From Mycobacterium phage prophiCCUG48898T-1, in sequence record OQ417974.1: a stretch of 49,665 nucleotides of DNA, one strand, 5' to 3'. Of the stretch, positions 35,266 to 45,416 are shown piece by piece. Below the pieces are notes generated by a model. The model saw nothing but the letters and a program-made list of their open reading frames with translations, was not told where the DNA came from and ran no database searches. Numbering within the stretch: position 1 is the stretch's first letter; each line of letters opens with the position of its first letter. Position numbers and translations under genes: made by a program.

Positions 35266-36972
35266 GTGATGCCCATATCCGATGAGCAGCGCTGGGAGGC
35301 CGCCAAGCGCTCGGGCGATATCGCGCGGATCGCCACCACCGCCCGCGCCCTGACCGAGAAAAACTCGAAGGTCGACACCAGCTATCGGTTCACCGTCTGC
35401 GACAAGATGTGGACCCCGATGGCCTCGGTGGGCTCGGACCTTATGGAGGGTTCGGGCGCCCGGCCGCGCAACGACTGCCCCACCGGAAAGCTGATGCTCA
35501 AGGGCAGCTCGCCACTGATCCAGATGTTCATGGACTGCCGCAACACCCTGGTCGGGGTCGAGATGGAGACCGCCGGCAGCCGACAGAACTTCTACACCAA
35601 GGTTCACCGCTACCGCTACGAAAAGGGCGCGTGGACAGGCAATGTCGAGATGCGCGGCATTTGGGACATCCTGAACTACTACGTGATCTGGCCGACGTGG
35701 TGGCTTCCCCTTGCCGCCCAGCCCATTTCGCACGCAATCTTCATCTGGGCGCTACAGACCTGCGTGGAGAACATGGTCGCCGAATGCGCGCTGCGCATCC
35801 AGTCCGGGTGGCTGGAGTTCGTCAACAACGGCCTGTCACTCAACGGCGACATCCGGGCATGGATGGGCACCATCTTGCAAGCCCTCAAGCGCGACAAGCT
35901 CTCGGTGCAGACCTTCGGCAAGATGCTGCGCACCCCCACCTATGTGCAGCGCACCAACCCGTTCCTGGACACATCGCCGATGTGCGCCAAGACCGTTCGC
36001 ATGGAAACCTGCGGAACGGTCATCAAGGATGTCACCCGCGCCTACGGTGTGGACACCCGCATGGACCTGTGGCGCCCCGGTGACCCGCAACCGGACAAGT
36101 GGGCCAACCTCGATTCGCCCACCTACGTGTTTTCCACCCGGGACCGCCAGCAAATCTCGGGACCCACCAAAACCGTTGCCGATTCGGTGATCAAGACGGT
36201 GATCGACCTCGGCGGATCACTCGGTGACATCTTCAAGCCGGTCATTCAGCAGGTACCCGGTATGAACGGGGTGTTCTACGCCCCCAAGCTCGGTGTCGAT
36301 TTCGAGCAGCCCTACGCCTACGTCGTGGCCCCCGAAGAGGGCGAGGACTCCAACATCATCAACTGCGAAATCGCCGACCACACCCCCGAGGGCTGGCAAC
36401 ACATCATCGGCGGCCGTTCTCCAAAGTGGTTGAACGACTTAATGAATGCCACCTTCGCATGGTTGATCGATTCGCTGATGATCGTGGTCGGGTTCTCCGG
36501 CATCCCGTCGGATCTGCTCTCGGGATTCCTGAACAACAGCTTCCTGGCGTTCCAGATGGTCCAGGTGTACCAGGTCCGCGACGAGGTGGGCCCTTTTCAT
36601 CCGGCGATCGAGCGGTTCTACCCGACCGCCAGCGCCCCGTACAACATCGAAACCATGTTCGCGTTCATCAACGCGATTTTCGATGCCCAAGGTGCTACCA
36701 CGGCGCAGGTCACTTTCCGCAACGGTGACCAATATGCCTTGGGCCGAGACATTTTCGAGGGCGGCCTGATGTCGCTGGTGTATCACCGCCGAACCAAGAT
36801 GATCACCGACTACATCGAAAACACCATGTGGCGCATCACCCCCACCGAGCAGACCACCCTGGTGCAGCTCGGTGACGGCCGCCGCGACGAGGCCCCCTTG
36901 GGCAGGATTCAACGCTTCATCACTGGCGCATTCGAAGCCATCAACGTCATCACACTGGCCCCCCAGTCCTAA
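35266..36972 (+). CDS. Minor tail protein (568 aa)
   Basis: Synteny. Confidence 0.55.
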   Translation: MMPISDEQRWEAAKRSGDIARIATTARALTEKNSKVDTSYRFTVCDKMWTPMASVGSDLMEGSGARPRNDCPTGKLMLKGSSPLIQMFMDCRNTLVGVEMETAGSRQNFYTKVHRYRYEKGAWTGNVEMRGIWDILNYYVIWPTWWLPLAAQPISHAIFIWALQTCVENMVAECALRIQSGWLEFVNNGLSLNGDIRAWMGTILQALKRDKLSVQTFGKMLRTPTYVQRTNPFLDTSPMCAKTVRMETCGTVIKDVTRAYGVDTRMDLWRPGDPQPDKWANLDSPTYVFSTRDRQQISGPTKTVADSVIKTVIDLGGSLGDIFKPVIQQVPGMNGVFYAPKLGVDFEQPYAYVVAPEEGEDSNIINCEIADHTPEGWQHIIGGRSPKWLNDLMNATFAWLIDSLMIVVGFSGIPSDLLSGFLNNSFLAFQMVQVYQVRDEVGPFHPAIERFYPTASAPYNIETMFAFINAIFDAQGATTAQVTFRNGDQYALGRDIFEGGLMSLVYHRRTKMITDYIENTMWRITPTEQTTLVQLGDGRRDEAPLGRIQRFITGAFEAINVITLAPQS

Positions 36973-36987
36973 CCGGAGGTAACCCAC

Positions 36988-37827
36988 ATGGCTTGGCCTA
37001 TCGTCGATTTCAACGGCGCACGCTACTACCAGGGACAGGGCTACACCCTGGTCCCGGTCGACGGCACCGGGGTGGCGCACGTGCTGCTGCGCGAAGACGG
37101 CGGAATCATGGGAGGGGTGTCCGGGGTCGAGCAGGGCCCGCCCGGAAAGCACGCCGAGTTCGACGAGAAGATCGACCTGACACCACTGGCCCCCGAAGAC
37201 GCGACACCCGATTCAGCATTTTTCGAACTCATTACTCCCCCAACGGATACCACGCCCGGCAGGTGGAAGATGCACCTGGCGCTACACACCGGCAAGACCG
37301 GTAAAGACGGCGCGACGCGCTGGAATCCGCTGGACCTGTCGGCCAATCCCAAGGCGGGGTGGATTCCGGCCGTCAAAACCGACCTACTCGGTTTTGAGCT
37401 TGTGCCACAAAAGGTTGCCGAGGTGTTCTACCCGGGCGAAATCAAGAACATCGGTACGGGCAACGCGAACGGGACTATGGCCGCGATCGACATCCCTCCC
37501 CGCCCGTGGCCTCGGCGCATCCGCGCACAAGGCCAAACGGTCGTTACCGGCGAAGCGGCCGACGTGCGCGTGAATCTGCTGGCCCGGCTCAACGGCGAGG
37601 CCAACGGCAACATCGTGGGCCGCTGCGTGGGCATCGCCCAGACTGATCGGCTGGCGTTCTCACCGGGCAAGCCCATCGGCCCCGGCAGCACCACCGACGA
37701 CTACGACACCATCCCCGCTGGCACCTCGGCCACCGTGCACATCCGGTGCGAGCGCCAAACCGGCACATCGACGTACACAGCCACCGCCGCGATGTCGCAC
37801 TTCAACATCGAGGCCTGGCCGCTGTGA
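36988..37827 (+). CDS. Minor tail protein (279 aa)
   Basis: Synteny; RBS GGAGG. Confidence 0.5.
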   Translation: MAWPIVDFNGARYYQGQGYTLVPVDGTGVAHVLLREDGGIMGGVSGVEQGPPGKHAEFDEKIDLTPLAPEDATPDSAFFELITPPTDTTPGRWKMHLALHTGKTGKDGATRWNPLDLSANPKAGWIPAVKTDLLGFELVPQKVAEVFYPGEIKNIGTGNANGTMAAIDIPPRPWPRRIRAQGQTVVTGEAADVRVNLLARLNGEANGNIVGRCVGIAQTDRLAFSPGKPIGPGSTTDDYDTIPAGTSATVHIRCERQTGTSTYTATAAMSHFNIEAWPL

Positions 37828-40271
37828 GCGACAACCTGCCCGAGATCCCCGATTGGGCAAGAGATGTCCCCTCGGCCCCGGTACACCGCGAGCAGGGCGG
37901 CGGTCTCACGCGACCGTTCACAGCCCAACAGCTCCAGGAGTTCGGCAAGGGGTTCGTTGAGCAGTTCCTCGGTCGCGTGGTGCTCGCGGTCATGGGGCAC
38001 CTCATTCCCGGCGTGGGTTCGTTTGATCAGCTGCGCGAGTGGGCCAAAGACAAACCTGGTCTCGGCGATCTGGTCGAGCTGCTGACCGGGATCGAGGACG
38101 GCGACGAAAATGATTTAGGGACATGGGCGCTCGGTATCCGCAACGCCCTGGCTGGCATCGATCTGGCCCACCCCGAATCGATCCTGACTGCTATCGCCAA
38201 GGTCGCGGGCCAGTTCCTCAAGGGCGTGATACCGGCGTCGTGGGTGGCTGATGTGGCCCACGACCTACTGGGCGGCGCTGGCGGATTCACCGACCCGAAG
38301 ATGGTCGAGGACAACCCGTACTGGCGATTCGACGCCGCCCAAAACGGGCACCTGTCGGGCAAGTCGATCTACCTCAACGCCGATGGCCAGCTGCATGCGA
38401 TCAGCATCAAAGACCCGTTCAACGTAGCTGCCGGCCAGGCGGTGGATATCTCCGCATCGGCGATGTGGCAAGGAGTCTCGGCTGCAGTGGGGTCCAATCC
38501 GATCCGGTTGTGCATCACCCCGTTTGCCCCCGATGGCACCAAGCTCCCCGATATCGTCATCAAGAAAATTCAGCCCGTGGCCGCGGATTCGTCCTGGATA
38601 CGTGCCAGCTTGAGCGGCTCGTGGACGGTGCCGACCGACGGATCGGTCAAGTCCGCGACAGTGACCCTGGTGGTCACCGAGGGCGCCACCGCCGGCCGCA
38701 TCCACTTCTCCAACGTCACCTCGGTCATGTCGAACCTCGGCCCGCTACTGGGCAAGTGGAGATCGTTCTTTGACACCCTGGGCGGCAAAGCCAATTCGGA
38801 CATCGCCGATTTCGAGCAGCGATTCGCCGCGATCACCGCCGACGGCAAGATCACCGCCGAGGAAATCATCGGGCTACTCGGGTTGGGCAATATCCCGAAG
38901 CTGCCCCCGGCCAAGGTGCACAGCCCGATCGGCAGCACCGACATCGGAGAAGACCTCAAGGACACGTGGAACAACTTCTGGAACGCGGTATTTGGGGACG
39001 GATCTAGTGGCAGGGGTCCTGTCGATGTATCCACCGCGACCGCTGCACTCAAGAAAAAGGCCGATGACGCGTACGCAGCCGCGGTGTACGCCACCGACGT
39101 TGTGAACCTGCCACGACTGACCCCCCGCTGGATGTCCACAGGCATCAACGACGATGTGTCGTTCCCCATCATCAATGCACAGTCGACATTCGTACCGGCC
39201 GACCAAAAGCTGGTGTTCATCCCCATCACGCCGGGTGTCGAGCGCACGTATCGAACCGTGAAATTCGCCATCACCGGCAATGGCATGACGCAGTGCTACG
39301 TGGGCGTGTACCGGATCAATGAGTCGCTGCAAATTCAGAAGGCCGTCGACCTCGGGAACGTCAAGGCACGGCTATCGGGCACCAGCCGCGTGCAAGCTCT
39401 GACAATTCCGTCGCCGGGATTGACGGTACCCAAGGGCCACACCGCCTTCATCGGTGTGCTGCAGGTCGGCAACCCGCAGGGCCTCTACACCACACCGGCC
39501 ATGCCGACCGTGCTGGAAGTCGTGCAGAACATCCCCCTGTTTTTCACCCAGGACGGCGGCACCGGCTACACCTCCCTGCCCACCCTGGTGGGCGGGCACG
39601 TGGAATTCACGCCGGTATGGGGCGCCCTGGGCGAGTCGACCAACTTGGCAGATCAATGGACCGAGTACTCACCCACCGGGTCGAACCTGCCCCTGTCCGT
39701 CTACGACATCCCCAGCGCCAGCACCGTGCTGTACCTGGCGGGCTGCGGTGGCGGTGGTGGGGGCGGCGGCGGTGACGGCGGCTGGAACAAGCCCGGCGAG
39801 GGTGGGGGCGGCGGTTCCTGGAACTCGCTACGGCTGGAGCGCGGCGTCGACATCCCGGTGTCCGTCACTCAGATCACGGTGCAGTCCGAGCGTGTGGGTT
39901 CACCCACAGGTATTGGCGGCGAGCCCGGCAGCAAGGAGACCGACGGCAAGCCGGGCCACGACATCGTGTTCCGCAACGGCACCGACAACAGCGAAATTCT
40001 GCGCTGCGCTGGTGGCCGACTGGGGCGCCTGGCCTATGGCAGCTTCTACAACCGCGACTCGGTGGGCTACGGCCCCGGCGATCTTGGGTTCTCCGCGCGC
40101 CTGTTCAAGGGCGGGCAGAACACCCCGCCCAGCGCTTCGGTGGGTGCGGCCAACGGTGCCCCGGGCAACGGGCCCGGTGGCGGCGGCGCGGGCGGTGCCG
40201 GTGGTACCGGGGGCAGCGCCGGTACCGGCGGCTGGGGGGCTGCGGGGTACGCCGCGATCAAGGCGGTCTGA
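37824..40271 (+). CDS. Glycine-rich minor tail protein
   Basis: C-terminal region CGGGGGGGGGDGGWNKPGEGGGGGSWN ... GPGGGGAGGAGGTGGSAGTGGWGAAGY. Confidence 0.6.
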   Translation: MSDNLPEIPDWARDVPSAPVHREQGGGLTRPFTAQQLQEFGKGFVEQFLGRVVLAVMGHLIPGVGSFDQLREWAKDKPGLGDLVELLTGIEDGDENDLGTWALGIRNALAGIDLAHPESILTAIAKVAGQFLKGVIPASWVADVAHDLLGGAGGFTDPKMVEDNPYWRFDAAQNGHLSGKSIYLNADGQLHAISIKDPFNVAAGQAVDISASAMWQGVSAAVGSNPIRLCITPFAPDGTKLPDIVIKKIQPVAADSSWIRASLSGSWTVPTDGSVKSATVTLVVTEGATAGRIHFSNVTSVMSNLGPLLGKWRSFFDTLGGKANSDIADFEQRFAAITADGKITAEEIIGLLGLGNIPKLPPAKVHSPIGSTDIGEDLKDTWNNFWNAVFGDGSSGRGPVDVSTATAALKKKADDAYAAAVYATDVVNLPRLTPRWMSTGINDDVSFPIINAQSTFVPADQKLVFIPITPGVERTYRTVKFAITGNGMTQCYVGVYRINESLQIQKAVDLGNVKARLSGTSRVQALTIPSPGLTVPKGHTAFIGVLQVGNPQGLYTTPAMPTVLEVVQNIPLFFTQDGGTGYTSLPTLVGGHVEFTPVWGALGESTNLADQWTEYSPTGSNLPLSVYDIPSASTVLYLAGCGGGGGGGGGDGGWNKPGEGGGGGSWNSLRLERGVDIPVSVTQITVQSERVGSPTGIGGEPGSKETDGKPGHDIVFRNGTDNSEILRCAGGRLGRLAYGSFYNRDSVGYGPGDLGFSARLFKGGQNTPPSASVGAANGAPGNGPGGGGAGGAGGTGGSAGTGGWGAAGYAAIKAV

Positions 40272-41326
40272 TGCCCTGGTCCACCAATCCGTCTGCGCCC
40301 TCGGGGCAATCGAGTAGGTGGTCGACCAAGCCCGATCCGCCCTCGCCGCCATCCATGGGCAAGTGGGTCTGGATGCCACGGGTCACTGTCGCGGACTCGG
40401 CAGTCGGCGCCGATCTGGCCCATCTGCTGCGGGTCGCCCACACGGGCATCGATCAGGGTGTTAGCGCAGACCTCGCCGTCGCAGGAGTGAGCGTGGGCGC
40501 CAGTGATGCCGGCCGGGGCGCCGACCTGGCGCGGGCGAAGCTGCGCGTGGCTGCACGAGACGCCGGGATAGCTGCCGACACGGCCCGCCCCGGTGTGCGC
40601 GCCACCGATTCGGCCGTGGCCGCCGAGATGGCGCAGATGCTCCCCCGCCTGGCCGCCGTCGGTGCCGCCACGGCCGCCGATATCGCGGTGCTGTCGCGGG
40701 TTCGGCTTCCCTCCAGCGCCAGTCAAGCCATCGGCGCCGATACCGCCACCGCCCGGTTCAGTCCGCAACCGGCAGCGCTGACCGCGATCACCGCAGTCGG
40801 CACGACCGTGGTCCCGATCCCGGTGTGGTGCCGCTATCTCGATCTGGCGCTGGTCGGCGCTGGCGGCGGCGGTGCGAGCTCGGGCACGTTCTACCTACTC
40901 GGCGGCTTCCCCGGCAGCCCGGGAACCTGGGCCACCACCACTTTGGAGCGCGGCATCCACATTCCCTGGACCACAACAACCCTGACATTCGTCATCGGCG
41001 CAGGCGGCGCCAAGGGTAGCGGCGGTTTCGCCGGAACCGCGGGCGGCCCAGGTGCGGCAACCACCGCTATCGGCGACGGATGGGCGGGCCTGTCCGCTGC
41101 TGGCGGCGCTGGTGGCCCGCAGCACCCCACCGGCATCAACGCCAACGACGGCCCCGGCCCGGGCGACAAGACCTACAACGGCGTGACCTACCCGGGCGGT
41201 GCCACGCAAACCTCCGATGGCGCAACGGGCTACGCGCCCGGCGGTGCCGGTGCCGGCGGTGCCAACTTCGGCGGCCCCGGCGGCGTCGGCGGCGCAGGCG
41301 GTGCCTGGTGCCGCGCATACCAGTAA
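40271..41326 (+). CDS. Glycine-rich minor tail protein 2
   Basis: Repeated GGxGG tracts and AD-rich heptad-like repeats (ADLA...ADLA...). Confidence 0.55.
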   Translation: MPWSTNPSAPSGQSSRWSTKPDPPSPPSMGKWVWMPRVTVADSAVGADLAHLLRVAHTGIDQGVSADLAVAGVSVGASDAGRGADLARAKLRVAARDAGIAADTARPGVRATDSAVAAEMAQMLPRLAAVGAATAADIAVLSRVRLPSSASQAIGADTATARFSPQPAALTAITAVGTTVVPIPVWCRYLDLALVGAGGGGASSGTFYLLGGFPGSPGTWATTTLERGIHIPWTTTTLTFVIGAGGAKGSGGFAGTAGGPGAATTAIGDGWAGLSAAGGAGGPQHPTGINANDGPGPGDKTYNGVTYPGGATQTSDGATGYAPGGAGAGGANFGGPGGVGGAGGAWCRAYQ

Positions 41327-41348
41327 CCGCAGGAGGGACCACCCAAAC

Positions 41349-41804
41349 ATGGCCAACCCCAACGACATCGACAACTACTCATTCCGAATCCACTTCTACA
41401 GCAGACGCGAAACCTCCTATTTCGACATCTACATGAACGACGGCCCAATCGGACTGATCAACGGAAACTACTACCTCGACGCGGCCCCACACGACCCGAA
41501 CGTCGGCGAATGCCTCCTGCAATACGTCCCCAAGCTCAACACCACCATCTGGGACTTTGACGACGACAGCCTTCCGGTCAACACCGAGGACTACCTCTGG
41601 TACCAGGTCAACGAAACCTACGTCATCACAGGCGATTACCAGCCCTTCGGCGGCCTGATGATCGAGGGCCAACTCGGATGCGCCTACCTCAAATCCGCCA
41701 TCGCCCCCTACAGAGACCACCAATGGACGACCGAATCACCCCGCAACGTCGCGCTGGGATACACCCCGCGCATCAGCGGATGGACCACCTGGGAAACCCC
41801 GTAA
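41349..41804 (+). CDS. Hypothetical protein (151 aa), somewhat lower GC; strong RBS GGAGGGA
   Basis: It follows the tail genes and may be tail-associated or an accessory gene. Confidence 0.5.
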   Translation: MANPNDIDNYSFRIHFYSRRETSYFDIYMNDGPIGLINGNYYLDAAPHDPNVGECLLQYVPKLNTTIWDFDDDSLPVNTEDYLWYQVNETYVITGDYQPFGGLMIEGQLGCAYLKSAIAPYRDHQWTTESPRNVALGYTPRISGWTTWETP

Positions 41805-41823
41805 CCAACAGAAAGGCCCCCGC

Positions 41824-42186
41824 ATGTCCGAATACCAGGGCGCGCACCGACGCGCCTGCTGCGCCGCAATCACCGCACTCGGCAACCGAATCGGCCTATT
41901 CGCGGGTTCCACCCGGGTAGGCACCGCCTACGCCGACACCACCTGGGCCACCCCAGTCGATGTCACCGAATCCGGCATCGACAAGGCATCGTCCACCGGC
42001 TCGCTGGTGACCATCTCGGTACCTGGCGGCACCGTGGCCAACGGCACGGTGATCAACCGGTACGGCGTGTTCAACGGCGCGACCCTGCTGCGCACCGAGG
42101 CACTACCGGTCTCCCTGACCGTCAACGACGGATCGCAGCCGTTACAAGTCGATGTCACACCAACATTCAAGTTCTGGGGCGTGTAG
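41824..42186 (+). CDS. Hypothetical protein (120 aa)
   Basis: ORF with ATG 41824. Confidence 0.45.
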   Translation: MSEYQGAHRRACCAAITALGNRIGLFAGSTRVGTAYADTTWATPVDVTESGIDKASSTGSLVTISVPGGTVANGTVINRYGVFNGATLLRTEALPVSLTVNDGSQPLQVDVTPTFKFWGV

Positions 42187-42188
42187 TC

Positions 42189-42332
42189 ATGGCCCGCCAG
42201 CTGCTCAAACACTCGGCCGTCTACGCCGCACTTGCCGCCATCTCATTCCGGCTGGGCTGGTGGGCATCCGACCGCCTGTCCTCCTACGCCCAAGAGATCG
42301 ACCCCCGCATCGAAAGGAAGTACACCCGATGA
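42189..42332 (+). CDS. Possible small hydrophobic protein (47 aa) coupled to lysA by an ATGA overlap
   Basis: MARQLLKHSAVYAALAAISFRLGWWASDRL... It is not in the ORF track because it is under 60 aa. Weak RBS. Confidence 0.25.
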   Translation: MARQLLKHSAVYAALAAISFRLGWWASDRLSSYAQEIDPRIERKYTR

Positions 42333-42976
42333 GTTTCCGCACCGCCTACGGCAATACGACCTCCGAGAACGGTTGGCGTATGTGCAACCGGGACGAATGC
42401 GACATCGTACGCATCGACGAGCTGTACCTCGTGGACACCGCACCGCTGCGCAAGGGCGCCCCGCTGACCATCCTGGGCGCCTGGCTGTACTGGTATGACC
42501 GCAACGTCGAAGAGATCACCTCGCCTGTGTGGGGCTGGTCGGCCACAAACGATGTCGCCAACAGTAATCACCTGGCAGGCACCGCTGTTGACGTGATGGC
42601 ACCCAAGTACCCCTGGCAGCGGTACACGATGGATGCCGCCACGCAGGCCAAGGTCCGCAAGGGCCTGGCGCTGTTCGAGGGCTCGGTGTTCTGGGGCCGC
42701 GACTGGTCGCGCCCCGACGAGATGCACTACCAGATGGCCTGGCCCGAGGGCGACAAGCGCAATGACGCGTTCGCCGCCAAGCTGCGCGCCGGATACCTCG
42801 GCATCTACGCGCCCGCGCAGCCCCCGGCGGTCGATCCTATTGTGCTACACCAGCAATTCGTCCAAGAAGCTCCCGACCGCAAGCTACTTGAATACATCGC
42901 CGAACAACTCGGGCCAGGACATCCTGACTGGGCATCGAAGGGTATGACGCTGCGCGACAAGGTGTGGTCCAAGTGA
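42329..42976 (+). CDS. lysA: Endolysin LysA, peptidase M15 (VanY/L-Ala-D-Glu peptidase-like) domain
   Basis: Zinc-binding motifs SNHLAGTAVD (HxxxxxxD) and DEMHYQ. ATG 42329 lies within track ORF 42152..42976. Confidence 0.7.
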   Translation: MSFRTAYGNTTSENGWRMCNRDECDIVRIDELYLVDTAPLRKGAPLTILGAWLYWYDRNVEEITSPVWGWSATNDVANSNHLAGTAVDVMAPKYPWQRYTMDAATQAKVRKGLALFEGSVFWGRDWSRPDEMHYQMAWPEGDKRNDAFAAKLRAGYLGIYAPAQPPAVDPIVLHQQFVQEAPDRKLLEYIAEQLGPGHPDWASKGMTLRDKVWSK

Positions 42977-44148
42977 TCCGCATCGGAGACCGCAATGAAA
43001 CGGTCCGTCAGTGGCGGGCCGTGATGAACGACTGGTTTGGGCCGCTGTACACCCGGCTGCTGGGGCCGCTGCCCCGCGACACCGACGAGTTCGGGCCGCG
43101 CGCTGCCCTGTGGGCCGCCGAATATCAGCGCCGCACCGGCCAGATCCCCACCGGGCAGGTGTCCGATGATGACCTACGCGCGCTGGGCATTGCGCCCCCG
43201 GCCCCGCCCGCCAACCGCCACCTGGGCCTAATGTTCCGGGGCACCGGAGGAGTCATCGGCCAAGACTACGTATCTCGCGTCATGCAGGCCGTGGCCAACC
43301 TCGTTGAGGAAGTGCACCCCGAATTCGCCGCAACCATGGGCGGACTCCCGGTCGGCGCCGCGGGCAGCATCAACGACATTTCGATGGCCAAGGCCGTCGA
43401 CATCGCCGTGGCCGACGCACAACGCATCTTCGCCGAGCGCTACCGCGCCAACCCCAATATCAAGGTTGTCATCGGCGGATACTCGGCCGGCGCGGTCGCA
43501 GGCGCCCGGTTCCGCGCGTGGCTGGCCGAGCACTACCCGGACAACTACCTGTGCTCATTCAGCTTTGGTGACCCCACCCGGCCCCACGGTGGCAGCTACT
43601 ACGGCGGCCCAATCCTGGCGGGACAGGGTATTTCATCGTGGCGGTTCGGCGATGTCACCGACTACCGGCACTGCTGGCTCACCGACCCTGGCGACATGTA
43701 CGGCAACATCCCCCTCGGGGTGGTCGGGGACATCATGGACGACTGTTTCGACATGGTGACCGCATTCCAGATCACTGACCCACTCGGGGCCGCTGGTGCC
43801 ATCCTGCCCAAAATCCCCGAAATCGCCGCCAAGGCATTGGGTGTCGAGCTGCCCGCCATATTCGGCGCGCTCACTGGTGGCCCCAACGGTATCGCCGCGC
43901 TCGGCCTACCCATGGTGCTCGGCGGTCTACAGGGACTACTCGGCTGGGGCGATATCAACAAGCTCACCGGGCCCGCGGCCGCGGCGCAGGCCGCCTTGAT
44001 CGCGCTGCGTTTCGTCACCACCAGCCCACCGACCGCCGCGCATATTCAATACGAATACCGCGAGGTCTGGCCCGGCCAAACCTATCTCGGCCTCGCCATC
44101 CAGCACGTGCGCGACTGGGCCAGCCGCACCCCCGCCATAGCCGCGTAG
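42964..44148 (+). CDS. lysB: Lysin B (mycolylarabinogalactan esterase, cutinase-like) with an N-terminal peptidoglycan-binding domain
   Basis: GGYSAGA matches the GxSxG serine esterase motif. The N-terminal region RIGDRNETVRQWRAVMNDWF...LWAAEYQRRTGQIPTGQVSDDDLRALGI is PGBD-like. Confidence 0.8.
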   Translation: MVQVIRIGDRNETVRQWRAVMNDWFGPLYTRLLGPLPRDTDEFGPRAALWAAEYQRRTGQIPTGQVSDDDLRALGIAPPAPPANRHLGLMFRGTGGVIGQDYVSRVMQAVANLVEEVHPEFAATMGGLPVGAAGSINDISMAKAVDIAVADAQRIFAERYRANPNIKVVIGGYSAGAVAGARFRAWLAEHYPDNYLCSFSFGDPTRPHGGSYYGGPILAGQGISSWRFGDVTDYRHCWLTDPGDMYGNIPLGVVGDIMDDCFDMVTAFQITDPLGAAGAILPKIPEIAAKALGVELPAIFGALTGGPNGIAALGLPMVLGGLQGLLGWGDINKLTGPAAAAQAALIALRFVTTSPPTAAHIQYEYREVWPGQTYLGLAIQHVRDWASRTPAIAA

Positions 44149-44286
44149 ATCAGTCCGCCCCCGCGCGAGGAGAGCGCGCAGGGACTCCCCACACCGTAGC
44201 GTTCCCTATCCATGGCGCCATCGAAAAAACTCCCCCTGAACTGCCCAAACGCAGTTATCCACAACCCAACCGCCGAGAGGACCGTC

Positions 44287-44583
44287 ATGCACATCACCAT
44301 CCCGCCCTGGCTCAAGGACGCCGCCGTTGACGCTGCCGAGCGCGCTATCAAGACGTTCGCGGGTGGCTTCATCGTCGGCGCCAACCTGGCCGACGCCGCG
44401 GTGAACGCAGCCCTGACCGAGATCGATTGGCAGAGCGGTATCAATGTCGGCGCCGGGACGCTGGCGGTATCGCTCATCTTCTCTGCGGCATCGATCAAGC
44501 TGGGCCGATCCGGTACCGCCTCGGCCACCAAGGCGGTCGTACCGTCCAGCCTGTTCAAGCTCGTGGCGGGCAGCGGCCGGTGA
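44287..44583 (+). CDS. Holin-like membrane protein (two hydrophobic helices)
   Basis: FAGGFIVGANLADAAVNAALT and INVGAGTLAVSLIFSAASI. It follows the lysins. Confidence 0.5.
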   Translation: MHITIPPWLKDAAVDAAERAIKTFAGGFIVGANLADAAVNAALTEIDWQSGINVGAGTLAVSLIFSAASIKLGRSGTASATKAVVPSSLFKLVAGSGR

Positions 44584-44831
44584 GCCCCGACCAGATCCAA
44601 GCCGTCGGCGGCGCCATCGTCGCCATCCTGGGCGCCTGGCAAGCCCGCACCTCGCGCAAAGTCCGCGACCTGGAAGCTCAACTAGCCATCGTCGTAGGCC
44701 AGCGCGACCAATATCGTGACAAACTCCGCGCAGCCGTCCGACACATCCGCGAATGGATGGGCTGGGCGCGACAACACAGACCCGAAACGCCCACACCCGA
44801 ACTACCAGCAGAGCTGGTCGACGAGGTGTAG
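44580..44831 (+). CDS. Small membrane protein (N-terminal TM), possible holin accessory
   Basis: VSPDQIQAVGGAIVAILGAWQA...; GTG overlap. Confidence 0.4.
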   Translation: MSPDQIQAVGGAIVAILGAWQARTSRKVRDLEAQLAIVVGQRDQYRDKLRAAVRHIREWMGWARQHRPETPTPELPAELVDEV

Positions 44832-44864
44832 AGAGCCCACACTGATTGCAGGCCAACGAAATAA

Positions 44865-44906
44865 CGCCCCTCACCCCGACCCGGTGAGGGGCGCTATTCG
44901 TGTTTC
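44865..44906. terminator. Bidirectional intrinsic terminator at the convergence of the late operon and the leftward right-arm operon
   Basis: Perfect 10-bp stem gcccctcacc/ggtgaggggc with a 7-nt loop. T-rich tails on both strands (gctattcgtgtttct on +, gttatttcgtt on -). Confidence 0.6.
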
Positions 44907-44913
44907 TAGTGCA

Positions 44914-45342
44914 CTAATCCAGCACGCGGGCCCGGCTTTGCGTTGTGCCGTTTCTGTCCACCACCGCATCGCAGGTGTAGGGACGCATCCCCGTGTAACC
45001 ACCAAACGCGTTCTTGGCGTTGACATTGCCCGTCACCGTAAAGTAAATATCACCGCGGTCGGGCGAGTAGTCCAACTCGGGATCGCGACCACCTCCATGC
45101 GCCACGCCTTCACGGGCCACCTCATCGGCGAACTTCGCACTCTCAGGGTCACGCATGCGCTTCATGAGAGCGGACTGGCATGTCTCGATCGCGTACTTTT
45201 GCCTCACTTCAACGCTCACACCAACGTTTCCGGATTGGCCCGACAGCCCTATTGCGCACGCCGCCATGAACGCCAGCAGCCCGACAAATACCCCCAGACA
45301 CACCCACAACGCTTTCGCCGGGGTGCCCATCTCTCTCGCCAT
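44914..45342 (-). CDS. Membrane-anchored or lipoprotein-like protein (142 aa); last gene of the leftward toxin operon
   Basis: N-terminal ALWVCLGVFVGLLAFMAACAIG is a signal/anchor sequence. Confidence 0.5.
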   Translation of the reverse strand: MAREMGTPAKALWVCLGVFVGLLAFMAACAIGLSGQSGNVGVSVEVRQKYAIETCQSALMKRMRDPESAKFADEVAREGVAHGGGRDPELDYSPDRGDIYFTVTGNVNAKNAFGGYTGMRPYTCDAVVDRNGTTQSRARVLD

Positions 45343-45416
45343 GGACGGCAGATTACAAGATCACGCCCAGGTCAGAAGTGGTTACAGGAGTGCTCACATC
45401 GCGGCGGGCATGCCCC

